Source of the DNA: Malacoraja senta
Lineage: Eukaryota
Reading direction: 5' to 3'
Length of the DNA: 64,000 nucleotides
Assembly: GCA_038087875.1 (NCBI GenBank)
Contig: CM075997.1
Span: 992,001 to 1,056,000, forward strand
In this document: positions 26,921 through 39,240 of the stretch, piece after piece
How positions within the stretch are numbered: position 1 is the stretch's first letter
Layout of the letters: each line of letters starts with the position of its first letter
The notes under the pieces: generated by a model
Told to the model about the DNA's origin: nothing
Seen by the model: the letters and a program-made list of their open reading frames with translations, nothing else
Databases searched by the model: none
Program-made: the position numbers and the translations under genes

Positions 26921-28670
26921 TTGAGTGTGGGATCATTAGTTTTGTGCGGTCTTAAGGTCTTGATCTTCAAATCCCTTTTTGTCAGTTGAGTAAAGTCTAA
27001 TTATCATGGCGGTGAATTTCCATCCTTAATGTCTGCCTTTTGAGAGCCTGAGTTATGGAAGTGGTGCATGTTTTCAATTATTTATTCTGAGCTTGCTTGT
27101 CGGTTGGCAAAGAGGTGTGGCAGCAGTGTATTGGTCTTGTAGATATGTGCAAGTCCCATCTCCCTCATCAATGATTGTGCTGCCAATTACCGGACGTTTA
27201 GCCTCTCAACATGTGCAAATGCAAAAATCATCTACATGCTACATATACATATTTCATTTGTGTAAATCAATATTTGACATTCCTTGTATCTACTTTTTCT
27301 CTATCTTTTTATATGACTAGTCTGTCTGGCTTGCTGGGGGGGATTGACCATTCAGTAGTCTGCATAGGGACTGATGTTCAAACTTTTTAATGCAAAGATG
27401 ATGGGCCAATACTTTCAAATAGCCTGGAACTTGTATTTTAATATTCCAATTTTTGCATGTCCTTCCTTGCACAAAATTCTTGATTTTTTTTCATCTTGAT
27501 ATTATCTAAAGCACTACTAAATAACTGCATTTCAGTTCTAGCTCTGTTGATTTGCCGCAACGATTTCAAACGCAGTTTTTAAATCTGACATTCATTAGTG
27601 CAAAAGTGATCTGTATAAAGCTGATTTTTAAAATGTATGTTTGTAATCTAAAGTTATTTGAAGTTAAGTTATGGTCAATTGGACCATTATGACTGCTCCC
27701 TTTGTTAGAACGATCCAAAGCTCATCTGTTGTGCCCCTACAGCTTTGCATTTTCCTCCATTTAACTTTGCTAACAATTTTGACTGCTTTTCTTTCCTTGC
27801 AGCAAAATACTCTAATACTTGTCCACATAGCGATTTCTTCATCCATCTATCATTACTGGCAATGTTAATTTTGTGACTGAATGTTTCTTTGGAATCTTTA
27901 AGAGTCTAGTTTGTTTTGCGCTTCAGAATTGCACAGTAAGTTTAATGATTGAATTCTCTGGATATTTTCCTTCCCAATTCAATCCAGTACCCAATACGTC
28001 TATTTGCATTAACAAATTGAGTAACTATTTGCCTTTGGCTGTGATTGTGGGGAGAGGGAGGGGGATAATTTTCATTGGGTCAAACGCATTAATGGTTCCA
28101 GGCACACTTGCCATTTGTAAATGGGTTTTCCCCTTCAAGGATACCCTGCCATTTTCTTGGCTGACCATCGTAGCCAAATCATGACAGGGCTTCACTTTAA
28201 CTGTGAATGGAAACTGGCTTATTGCCAATAAAATTTCACAACTAATTTTCCATGCACAAGTGGACTGCTCTGTGAAAACTGTTGCTTCTTAAAAGCAGAG
28301 TTGCTAATCGCCTAATGACTACTGCTAAAAGGCAAGTAGAATGAGAGGTTCGCTTTGTATTAGTTTGAGAATGGAAGTAACTACATACAGGCAATTCTAA
28401 TAATTTTCAAGCATGAACTTCAAATGTGGTATTTGATTTGATGTTACCTGAATTTATACATTTGTTATAAACTGTATAAATAGTTTCTGCTTGCCATCTT
28501 GAACATTATTTGCCTTTGTCTTAAACTGAAAGGATATGTGTTATTCGTAAATTGTTTTGATCCTAGTCATTGGGTCAAATGAATAGTCTGTAGGTTGGGA
28601 AATGAATGATGGAAGGTTGCCTTGCCTGTTTTATCTTCCCCCTGCCTTGGGAACAAAAGGATTGCAACCA

Positions 28671-30271
28671 CAGTGCCCTCCATAATTTTTGGGACAGACC
28701 CATCATTTATTTATTTGCCTCTGTACTCCACAGTTTGAGATTTGTAATAGAAACACTCACGTGGTTAAAGTGCACATTGTCAGATGTCATTAAAGGCTAT
28801 TTTTTATACATTTTGGTTTCACCACGTAGAAATTACAGCTGTGTCTATACATAGTGTCCCCCCTCCCCCATTTCAAGGCACCATAATGCTTGGGACACAT
28901 GGTTTCACAGGTGTTTGTAATTGCTCAGGTGTGTTTAAATGCCTCAATATAGGTATCAAAGAGCTCTCAGCACCTAGTCTTTCCTCCAGTCTTTCCATCA
29001 TCTTTGGAAACTTTTATTGCTGTTTATCAACATGAGGACCAAAGTTGTGCCAATGAAAGTCAAATAAGCTTTTATGAGGCTGAGAAACATGAATAAAACT
29101 GTTAGAGACATCAACCAAACCTTAGGCTTACCAAAATCAACTGTTTGGAACATTAAGAAGAAAGAGAGCACTGGTGAGCTCATTAATTGCAAAGGGACAT
29201 GCAGACCAAGGAAGACCTCCACTGCTGATGACGGAAGAATTATCTCTATAATAAAGAAAAATCCACAAACACCTGTCCGACAGATCAGAGACACACTTCA
29301 GGAGTCGGGTGTGGATTTGTCAATGACCACTGTCCCCAGAAGACTTCATGAATAGAAATAGAGGCTACACTGCAAGATGCAAACCACTGGTTAGCTGCAA
29401 AAATAGGATGGCCAGGTTACAGTTTGCCAAGAAGAACTTAAGAGCAACCACGGTTCTGGAAAAAGGTCTTGTGGACATGAGATGAAGATTAACATATCAG
29501 TGAATCCAAAGCATGCCACCTCATCTGTGAAACACAGTGGTGGGGGTGTTATGGCCTGGGCATGTATGGCTGCTGAAGGTACTGGCTCACTTATCTTCAT
29601 TGATGATACAACTGCTGATGGTAGTAGTATAATGAATTTTGAAGCGTATAGACACATCCTATCTGCTCAAGTTCAAACAAATGCATCAAAACTCGTTGGC
29701 TGGCAGTTCATTTTACATCAAGACAATGATCCCAAATATACTGCTAAAGGAACAAAGAAGTTTTTCAAAGCTAAAAAATGGTCAATTCTTGAGTGGCCAA
29801 GTCAATCACCGATCTGAACCCAATTGAGCATGTCTTTTATATGCTGAAGGAAAAACTGAAGGGGACTAGTCCCCAAGACAAGCATAAGCTAAAGATGGCT
29901 GCAATATAGGCCTGGCAGAGCATCACCAGAGAAGACACCCAGCAACTGGTGATGTCCATGAATTGCAGACTTCAAGCAGTCATTGCACGCAACGGATATG
30001 TAACAAAATACTGAATATGACCACTTTCATTTACATGACATTGCTGTGTCCCAAACATTGTTGCCCTGAAATGGGGGGGACTGTATAAACACTGCTGTAA
30101 TTTCTACATAGCGAAACCAAAATGTATAAAAATGGCCTTTATTTAAAATCTGGCAATGTGCAATTTAACCGCATGTGATTTTTAAAAATCGAGTACAAAT
30201 CTCAAATTGTGGAGTACAGGGGCAAATAAGTAAAAGACGGGACTTTGTCCCAAACATAATGGAGGGCACTG
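28671..30271 (+). mobile_element. Near full-length Tc1-family transposon with long IR/DR-type TIRs
   Basis: Begins CAGTGCCCTCCAT and ends ATGGAGGGCACTG followed by TA (left flank is CA, a probable decayed TA). TIRs are about 220 bp with inner and outer CCATAAT..TTGGGACA repeats. Confidence 0.95.
29032..30014 (+). pseudogene. Disrupted Tc1 transposase
   Basis: ATG at 29032 followed by an early TAA. HTH-like LGLPKSTVWNI, CRPRK (GRPR-like), KHSGGGVMAW, QDNDPKY and terminal TKY*; multiple stops, frameshifts and a deletion relative to the copy at 1-882. Confidence 0.9.
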
Positions 30272-32863
30272 TATGAAGTCTCTGCATTTACTCCATGACT
30301 GAGCTATGCTGTGCTGCAGAGACCACGCACTGGGTGACTGCAGAGATTCCAAATGGCGTCTGAATGAGTAGACGTTTGCCAACTCCAGCCTTGCTCCTCA
30401 GGATCTCATACTTTTATCTAGCTCCATCAGTGCAGAGTTCGCATCTAATTCCTGCTTGCTGTAACCCCCCAGTAGGAATGGCCTGGCTATTGATAATGCC
30501 TTTGCAGCAGAAATCTTTTACAGGTCACCCAAACTCTATGACCGTAATAAAATAATTGTATCCGGACTTTTTCCAGGGCATCACAATTTACATTTGTGTT
30601 GAGGGGGGCATTAGTGAAGAATTCTTTCCCTTGTTAGGGGAGAATTATTTCCCTTGTTGGACTGCTAGCCACTACACTATAAATCATTCACTAAAGTCAT
30701 TAAAGTATATGGAATGCCATTGCTAAATATTGTGGCTCTTGAAAACTGATTATGGTATGGATGGTTGGTTTGTTTAAAACCGAATGCTGCACTCGATGCT
30801 CAAATTCAGTGAATGATCTCATCAGCCAAGAATGCTGTCACTGTGATTGTTATGATTGGAAGTCATGAAATGAACAAATTTGCCATGTAGGTAGCTGACT
30901 GCTGCATTGATGGAAAGCTTGTTGAGAAATTGCCACTAATTTAAAAGTTATAGTCCTTCATTAATTCTAGGTTGATCTTGCATTTAAAGTGAATATAAAG
31001 AAAGGCACCTTGGTGCACAAGTTCAAGATGCCTATCCTGTTGATTAGGAATGTGAAAATTACTTGATTTAACAAAAGCAACAATTGTTTAAAGACACTTA
31101 ATGTGTTCTTTGCAATTGAGTTAGCTTCAGAACAATTCATTGTAAACATTTCATAATTTATGTTGAATTGTTGCATCGGCTCATAGTTACTACTGATTCT
31201 CTTATTGTCTCTCTAATCACTTGTTGCCATAAAGGTTCCTTGGAGTAACTACAGAGAAAGAAGCTTTTGAAGATCAGTAAAAGAGTTTCTAGGTGTAAAT
31301 GCACATTATCCCTCATTATGAAACCTCTGCAACTGGAATCCGCGTGATGAATAGGTCACTTCTAACTAATCCCATGTTTTTCTTTTGTCTACTTGCCATG
31401 CTTGGCAGCACAAATAACATTTTAGCTCTGTTAAATACTTTGAAGCTTTTCTGGAGTAGTTATCAACTTTTTTTTATGAACTTTGAGCCAGCATGTTGCC
31501 AGCCTTGATCTGTTTATCATTGTTTATCTTGAATTCAATGCCTTTTGTGTCCATCAGATCTCTTGTCTTTGATCTCCACTATATGGAATAACCGTTGCCA
31601 TTGTTCTCTAAAATTAAGGGCTGCAAGCTTGGGTGCTCATAATGCTTGATTTGACATGCACAATCTCTGATCTATCATGACTGTCTTTAAATATTAGTTC
31701 TTTCCTTTTCCATATCATTCTGGAAGGCAAACATTTGTTCAAATCTCTTTTCTCTCTCCAATTGGTGCTTGCCTTTTTGATGCCTGTTAAATTTATGTAT
31801 TTGTATCTAAAATTGATCATTTGCCTTTTTTTCTCTATTGAGTAACAACTCTAAGTGTGAAACATTTTTGCCTTTTGTGTTAGAACTGATTTCTGTCCAT
31901 TAATCTGAACTACACCAATTGTCTTTGTTTACATTACTCGTTCTCTGTCTATTATTTGACATGCTTGATATTTTCTGTTTCCCACAAGAGTATGGTACTC
32001 TTGCAGTCAAATATCTTAACATTCTGGATCTTCACACGATTGCAAAAGGGAGATGTTTAAACTTCCAACTTCAACATTTCTAGTTTTCAGACTTCATGCC
32101 TTCCCCTTTCCAACTTTTGTTTTCTGCTCAGCCTTTCACACTTGAAATTGTTCATTGGGATTTGTTTCCATGAACAGACCTTCATCTTTGGTATGTTGGC
32201 CATTTGATGTGACAGAGGGTGGTGTGTGCCTGGAATGTGCTGCTGGAGGTGGTGGTTGAGGCAAATACAATAGTGCCATTTGAGGGTCTTTTGGATAGGC
32301 CTTTGGATATGGAAGGATATGGATTATGTGCCAGCAGATGGGAGTTGGACATCATGTTTGACACAGACGTTAGATTGAAGACCTTGTTCTTGTGCTGTAC
32401 TGTTCTATCTATCAAGATCAAAATAAAACTGCAGTCTGTCTGATTTTCACTAGTGTAGCTCTTTAAATTCATGATTTAATTTAAAGTTTCTGGCAGTGTT
32501 TTCTTACCACATATCTGTCTGGAGACTAGAATGCAGACGCTGGAACCTTGAGCATATATCAAACTACTCGGGGAACTCAGTGTGTCATACAGCATCTGTG
32601 GAGGGAAATCTGTACTCTTGAAGGGTCAAAACCAGAAATGTTGTTTGTCTAATTCCCTCTACAGGTGTTGCCTGACCTGCTGGGCTCTGTCAGCAGATTG
32701 TTTTCTGCTGTCTATTCTTCAATGATCAAATCCAGACTTTTCTGTTTAGAGAGCCATTTTTCAGGTTGAAGCAAAATGCTACAGATGCAGTGACATAAAC
32801 CAGTGGCTTAATGTCACTTAAATTTTCCACCATATCTTTGAGTTCTTTATGAGCACTGAGTAA

Positions 32864-33544
32864 AGGGCCTGTCCCACTTGCATGCGATTGCGTGCGTTTG
32901 GCGCGAGCGACTGGAAGCGGAGGCATCGTATGGCCGCGCGGGGCCGGTCCCACTGAGAAGCGCGGAGGGGTATGTAGTTGTGCGCGACATCGCGCGGGGC
33001 TCTGAAATTTTTGTAGTGAACGAAATCTTCGTGCCCCAACGGCCTGTCGCGGAACTGGCGGCCAAAGTGGGATAGGCCCAAGACCCTGGCGCGATGCAAC
33101 GTCTCACCTTCAACAGCAGCAGAAGCAGGCATACGATTGCCGATCTCGGCCTGGGGCTTGTGGCCGTTGCGGTCCAGATCCGCCCCCACTTCTACTCCCA
33201 GAGCGGGGCCAAGAAAATTGAAGATAGACACAAAATGCTGGAGTAACTTAGCGGGACCGGCAGCATCTCTGCAGAGAAGCAATGGGTGACGTTTCGGGTC
33301 AAGACCCTTTTCAGACTGAAGAAGAGTCTCGACACGAAACGTCACCCATTGCTTCTCTCCAGAGATGCTGCCGGTCCCGCTGAGTTACTCCAGCATTGTG
33401 TCCATCTTCAAATGACGTCACGCACTCCAGATGGCTGTGCGTACGCATGTAATCACGCCCGACCTTCGCAGGACCATCGCGGCTCAACGCAACCACGAGG
33501 TCGCGTAATTTGCGTGTCAAGGACACGTAAGTGGGACAGGCCCT
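32864..33544. mobile_element. Non-autonomous PIF/Harbinger-like element (MITE), CpG-rich and probably young
   Basis: Perfect 16-bp TIRs AGGGCCTGTCCCACTT (32864-32879) and AAGTGGGACAGGCCCT (33529-33544), TAA target-site duplication on both sides, internal TIR-like repeats near 32944 and 33065. Confidence 0.85.
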
Positions 33545-35128
33545 TAAAGGATTGAAGTCTAATTGGGTATTGTCGCACACTTTCACCAGTTGCGTTCCAG
33601 AGTGTGAGGCATATAATTTCCTTAGTATTGCTGATTGGTTCTTTCCAACCCCTTCCCAGTCCCAAATCTTCAACACACTTCCTCAAATTTTCACACTGAT
33701 CTCTGAACTTGCAACTTCTTTGTCCTTTACCAAACTTGGTGAACTTTAAAAAGCAAATTGGACCTTTCTAATATTTAAAGCTATATTTTTAACATGTTCT
33801 CCAACTAACTTTGTTTGCATTATATTAAGTTACTGCAGTTAGAAAATGCAGTTATTAGTAAGTAGATTAAAATCTTTATCTTTCCAACTTATGACAACTT
33901 TTGGGTTAGACCATATTCATTTAATTGGAAATAGACACAAAGCTGGAGTAACTCAACGGGACGGGCAGCATCTCTGGAGAGAAGGAATGGGTGACGTTTA
34001 CGGGTTGAGACCCTTCTTCAGACTTAATTTAATTGGCATTGTTCCAGATGGCTTACAGTTGGTTCAGTTTAAAAATGGCAGCCAGGTAAAACTGAAATGC
34101 TCTGGCTCAGGGCGCATAAGTAGGAAAATTATGGACATGCTGATAAAAACATTACCTCAATTGTACAGTGGTTTGCAATTATGATTCTTGTAACCGAGAA
34201 ATGGGTAGGTCACAGCAGGGAGAGAGGATGGCTTGTTTATGATTTTCATGTGTTTTGCTAAGCATTTCTTGCTGTTTCAGATGAAAGCTGGTCTTAATGA
34301 AAATCTGTTCAAAGGCATGGTTCTAGTTATAACCAATGTCGCCTCTTTAATTTTCTTGGTTTGTGTAGGAAACTGGCAGAAGTTATTGTGTATAGGCCTG
34401 ACCTGGTGATTGTATTGTATGCATTTGCTATCATCTTTTTATCAGCTAAATGCTATGTGTTTTGTGTGATTAGTACTGACCTGAAAGTGATTATCTCGGA
34501 TTTTAGTTTGTAATTCCAGCCAGTTAAGTCAACCTCTGTGGCACTGAAGAAGGGTTTCGGCCCGAAACTTTGCCTATTTCCTTCGCTCCATAGATGCTGC
34601 TGCACCCGCTGAGTTTCTCCAGCATTTTTGTGTACCTTCGATTGTCCAGCATCTGCAGTTCCCTCTTTAACACTGTGCCACTGAGACTGTTGGATTAAAA
34701 TTGTTTGCGGAAGTTATTGACCCAATTGAAAAATTGTGAAATCTGCAGACTCTCTATTTTATGTATTTGGATGGAGTTTCTGTGCCTATTGCTTAGCAAT
34801 AAGTATAATAATTATTAAGTGGTAACTTGGGTAAAATGGCCATCAAAGTGGAAATATTTATGCAGTGTGATTTGTAGCATTGTAGTGCTACAAATACTTG
34901 CGACTGATTACAAGTAATCATGTAATCACTATTATTATTTTGTCTGGTATTAAAAAGATGGTGTCAATAGAACCTATAGTTGACCTGGTGTGGAGAATGC
35001 GAATTTTTCAGCAACCTCAAAGTTCAAGCAGAATGGACCTGTTCCATTATTGCAGATGAATCCCATATACTGATCTTCATGTGTAGAACCAAATTGCCAT
35101 TTCCAGTATTGGTTTCTGATGTATGCTT

Positions 35129-35437
35129 GTTTAGTTTAGAGATAGAGCTCGGAAACAGGCCCTTCGGCCCACCGGGTCTGCACCGATTAGCGATCCCCAC
35201 ACATTAACACATACCTGCACACATTAGGGACAATTTACACTTATACCAAGTATAAAAACCAAGCCAATTGACCTACAAACCCGTGCGTCTTTGGACTGTG
35301 GGAGGAAACTGATCTCGGAGAAAACCCATGGGGAGAATGTACAAACTCCGTAGAGACAGCACCCGTAGTTGGGATTGTACCCAGGTCTCTGGCGCTGCAA
35401 GCGCAGTAAGGCAGCAACTCTACCACTGCGCCACCGT
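35129..35437 (-). mobile_element. tRNA-derived SINE (HE1/V-SINE-like)
   Basis: tRNA-like head, V-domain-like core (GAGTTTGTACATTCTCCCC...TTCCTCCCACAGTCCAAAGACG), CR1-like tail ending (CTAAA)n. Confidence 0.85.
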
Positions 35438-38400
35438 CCCACCCCTAAAAAAATCCGCCGAAAATCTGCTTTGTTATTTCACGTCTTAGTTGGGCAATTT
35501 TCTGAAAGATTCTTGTTTTATGAAAAATCTGGAATGTGGAAACTGTTCTGGAGGAGTTGGGAGTGAAATGTGAAGCGCTCTCCCTCAACTCCTTGTTTCA
35601 CTCATTCCTTCGTACCAAACCACCCCAGGTTCATTCCCCTGCAACCACAGATGTTTAGGTTTAAGTTTATTATTGTCATGTGGAAGATCTAGTGGAAAGC
35701 TTTATTTTGCATGCTATCCAAATAGATAAATAGAATCAAGTCAAACTCCAGTACAATAGATAGAGCAAAGGGAAAGACACAGGGTACAAAATGTAGTTCT
35801 CAGAATTGTAGCACATCACTTCCATAGATAAAGTTCTATATCCTCAATAGATAAAGGTGAATCGGACAGTTCCATGTAGTTCAGAGCTATTTTGAAGGTT
35901 GTAGTGTTTAAGACCCTGATGGTTGTTGGGAAGAAGCTGCTCTTGAATCTGTACATTAGCTTTCGTGCTCCTATACAACCCTTCCAATGGCAGGAATGAA
36001 ATGAGAGATGGTGTAGCTCTCTGCTGCTAGCTGCCTTTTTGAGGCAGTGATTCCAGTAGATCCCTTCGATGGTGGGGAGGTCACTACCCGTGATGGACTG
36101 GCCACTGCTTTTGCAGCTCTTGATGTGACATTCTGTACATCAGCAAGACCTAGGCGACTGTTTCATTCCATGTCATTCCACGATATCCCTTACTGTAGCT
36201 TTACATTTTGCTTTATCTTACATCTTCTTGCCTTATCTTACATTTTATCCCTAACCTTTGTCCACACACCTGCCTACCAAAATACAACCCTTATCTGTAT
36301 CCACCCATGAAGAAGGGTTTCGGCCCGAAACGTTACCCATTTCCTTCGCTCCATAGATGCTGCCGCACCCACTGAGTTTCTCCAGCACTTTTGTGTACCT
36401 TCGATTTTCCAGCATCTGCAGTTCCTTCTTAAACACTGTATCCACCAATCACCGATTAGGCTTTGACCTGTACCCACCTCTCTTCAAGCATTTTCCCCTC
36501 ACTGCAATCGGTCTGAAGGAGGGGTTCAATCTTAAACGTCACCTATCCATGTCCTCTAGAGGTGCTGCCTCCCTAGTATTGTGGTGTCAATCCTCTTTCC
36601 TTCATTACTAATTCATTACAAGCCCCTAAACATTAAGTTCAAGTGCATTTACAGTTCCAACAGCTGCATGGCAAGTCAAATTCCTATCAACTTGTTGACA
36701 TGGCAATAAACTTCTTGAATCTTGAATCTTCCTTAAAAGAACAGACCTACTCAGCCCATTTCTTTCGATTCTCCTTTGGCCTTGCCCCACATGCAATTTT
36801 CTATGCCCATTTTTTACTTTGATTCTCCAACTCTGGTTTTCAAAGAATGCTTACTAGTGCTCCACAATTTAATGCAGCCATTGATTGTATTAGTTATGGA
36901 AATCCTCATTTGCTTCCTTCAAATCCTTTACCAAATTTTAAATCCTTAATCCATCTTGTCAACTTCTTGTATCTTCCTTCATTGGCTTGTTTGATTTCCC
37001 TGTCCTTTTAAATAGTTGTGAAACATTTTTTAAGTGCATTTGAGAATATATTTGCATTTTCTGCAATGTTTATGTGCAACTTCACATCAATAAAGCAGTG
37101 TCGGGATTGACTTGAACTGAGTGGACCATTATTCTCGAAGTTTTCTCATGTTTTGCTTCAGAATTGGCTTGTGATCTCAATTTTTTTTACACATTATATA
37201 AAGCCAATTCCAGCTTTGTGTGATTGAATTTGTAGAATGCAAATTGGCTATAAATGTTTCTATGGTCTAGAGAATTTGAATCCAGGAAGTAGTGTGTGGG
37301 TTTTGAGGACAGAGAGCACATCTTGAAATTAAGGATGTCAAAAGAAAATAAGATTTAAAAGGGAATGGTGTGAAATTGTGAGATTTTACTTTGATTCTTA
37401 TTGAAGGGAATGCAGACTTCGAGTTTGAATTTGTAATAGAAGTTGAGTGGTTTGGAGTGTTGCTGTGAAATTACATTCTTTAAGTCTCTGCATGTATTGG
37501 TCCAGCCACACCCCTCAGGGAAGATGAATGGGCAAAGATCTTCCACCCTCTGCATATAAAACCTTCTCTATACGAAACTGACATCCCTTTTATCCTCAGA
37601 CATCTTGACCAGGGAAACTCCCTCTCTGCTTGTCAAGTGCTTTAAGAGCTTTGTAAACTTCAATGAAATCTTCTTGTGGTCTTGACTCTAGAGAATGCAA
37701 GTGTAATCTGCTTGATCTCTCCTCTTGCATTAAACGCAACATTATTGAAATCATTCTGAGTATTTGCTCGACCTTTTCCTTTGGCATGTATATCCTTTAT
37801 GAGCAAGGAGACAAACTGTACACAATATTCCAGTGCAACAGTTGTAAAATAAAGACAGTTCTGCTATAATGTTAATTGCGTTCCTGAAACCATGTTATAG
37901 GAAATCAAGTTACAAAGACAATTGCCAATGGGATGGGGGGGGGGAAGAAAGAGGTGGCTAGAGGATAGTTTCACATTTGCAATTATATTTCACGCAGGAT
38001 TGTCAAAAATAAGCCTGTTCTATAACAATACGTTTATTTTATTTACTGTCATCTACAAATACTAAAGGCTGTATGCAGGAGACTTGTAACTGGGCATTGC
38101 AATCTTGAGCAAACAGGAGCAAAACTCAGTTACATATAATAGAGCATATATACAGTTGCACAAGTGTCAATAGAAGTGATTGTCAATTTCAATGGCCACA
38201 CGCAGTTAAAGTTGCAGCTGTATTCTTAAGGGACAGTGGTTATATGATTACTGCAGAGAGAGGTTACATGGAAACGGGTTTTTTCTGATTCAAGGAACTG
38301 CAGATGTTGGTTAACAACAAATACAGTGCTGGAATAACTCAGTGGGCCAGGCAGCTTTACTGAACGACATGGGTAAGTGATATTTTGAGTTGGGTCCTTT

Positions 38401-38955
38401 CTTTAGACTGGTCCTAAACCAAAACATAGCTTATCCATGTCCTCTAGCAATGCTGCCCAACTTGTTGAGTTGCTCCAGCAGTTTGTATTCTGCATAATGT
38501 CCAAGTGGTTCTCTAGTACCCAATCAAAATTGTTGTTCTAACCAATTTGGGCCTGCGTTGGTTGTGCTCGCAGTTCCCTAATTCATCACTCGTTGTGTCC
38601 AATTTGTTATGGAAATGCTTGTTATAGCAGAACTTGCAAACTATAACTCTTTCCATCTGGAGGTGGTTGATATGGAATACTGCACTTCCTAGTATCCAAT
38701 TGTAAAATTTAAATTCATCTGGAAAAATCAGAATGAACACCAATGAATTATTGCAAGAAACATGTTTGTAAATGTCCTGCAGGGAAGCAACCTGTTATTA
38801 TGAAATGTGCATCAAGACAACCATTAGTTTGAATCGCATCAACTGTAATTGTATTGAATGGCGTGAACGGAGTTCCCACAAGTGGATCATAAAGACAAGA
38901 TACAAGCCTTGCTCACATTGAAGTAATTAATAATATGAAATTATTGTGGATCTAA

Positions 38956-39240
<285 letters not shown>

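Noticed and set aside
32818-33345. 175-aa ORF, the longest in the track
   Set aside because: It runs through the MITE and the palindromic repeat and shows no recognisable domain.
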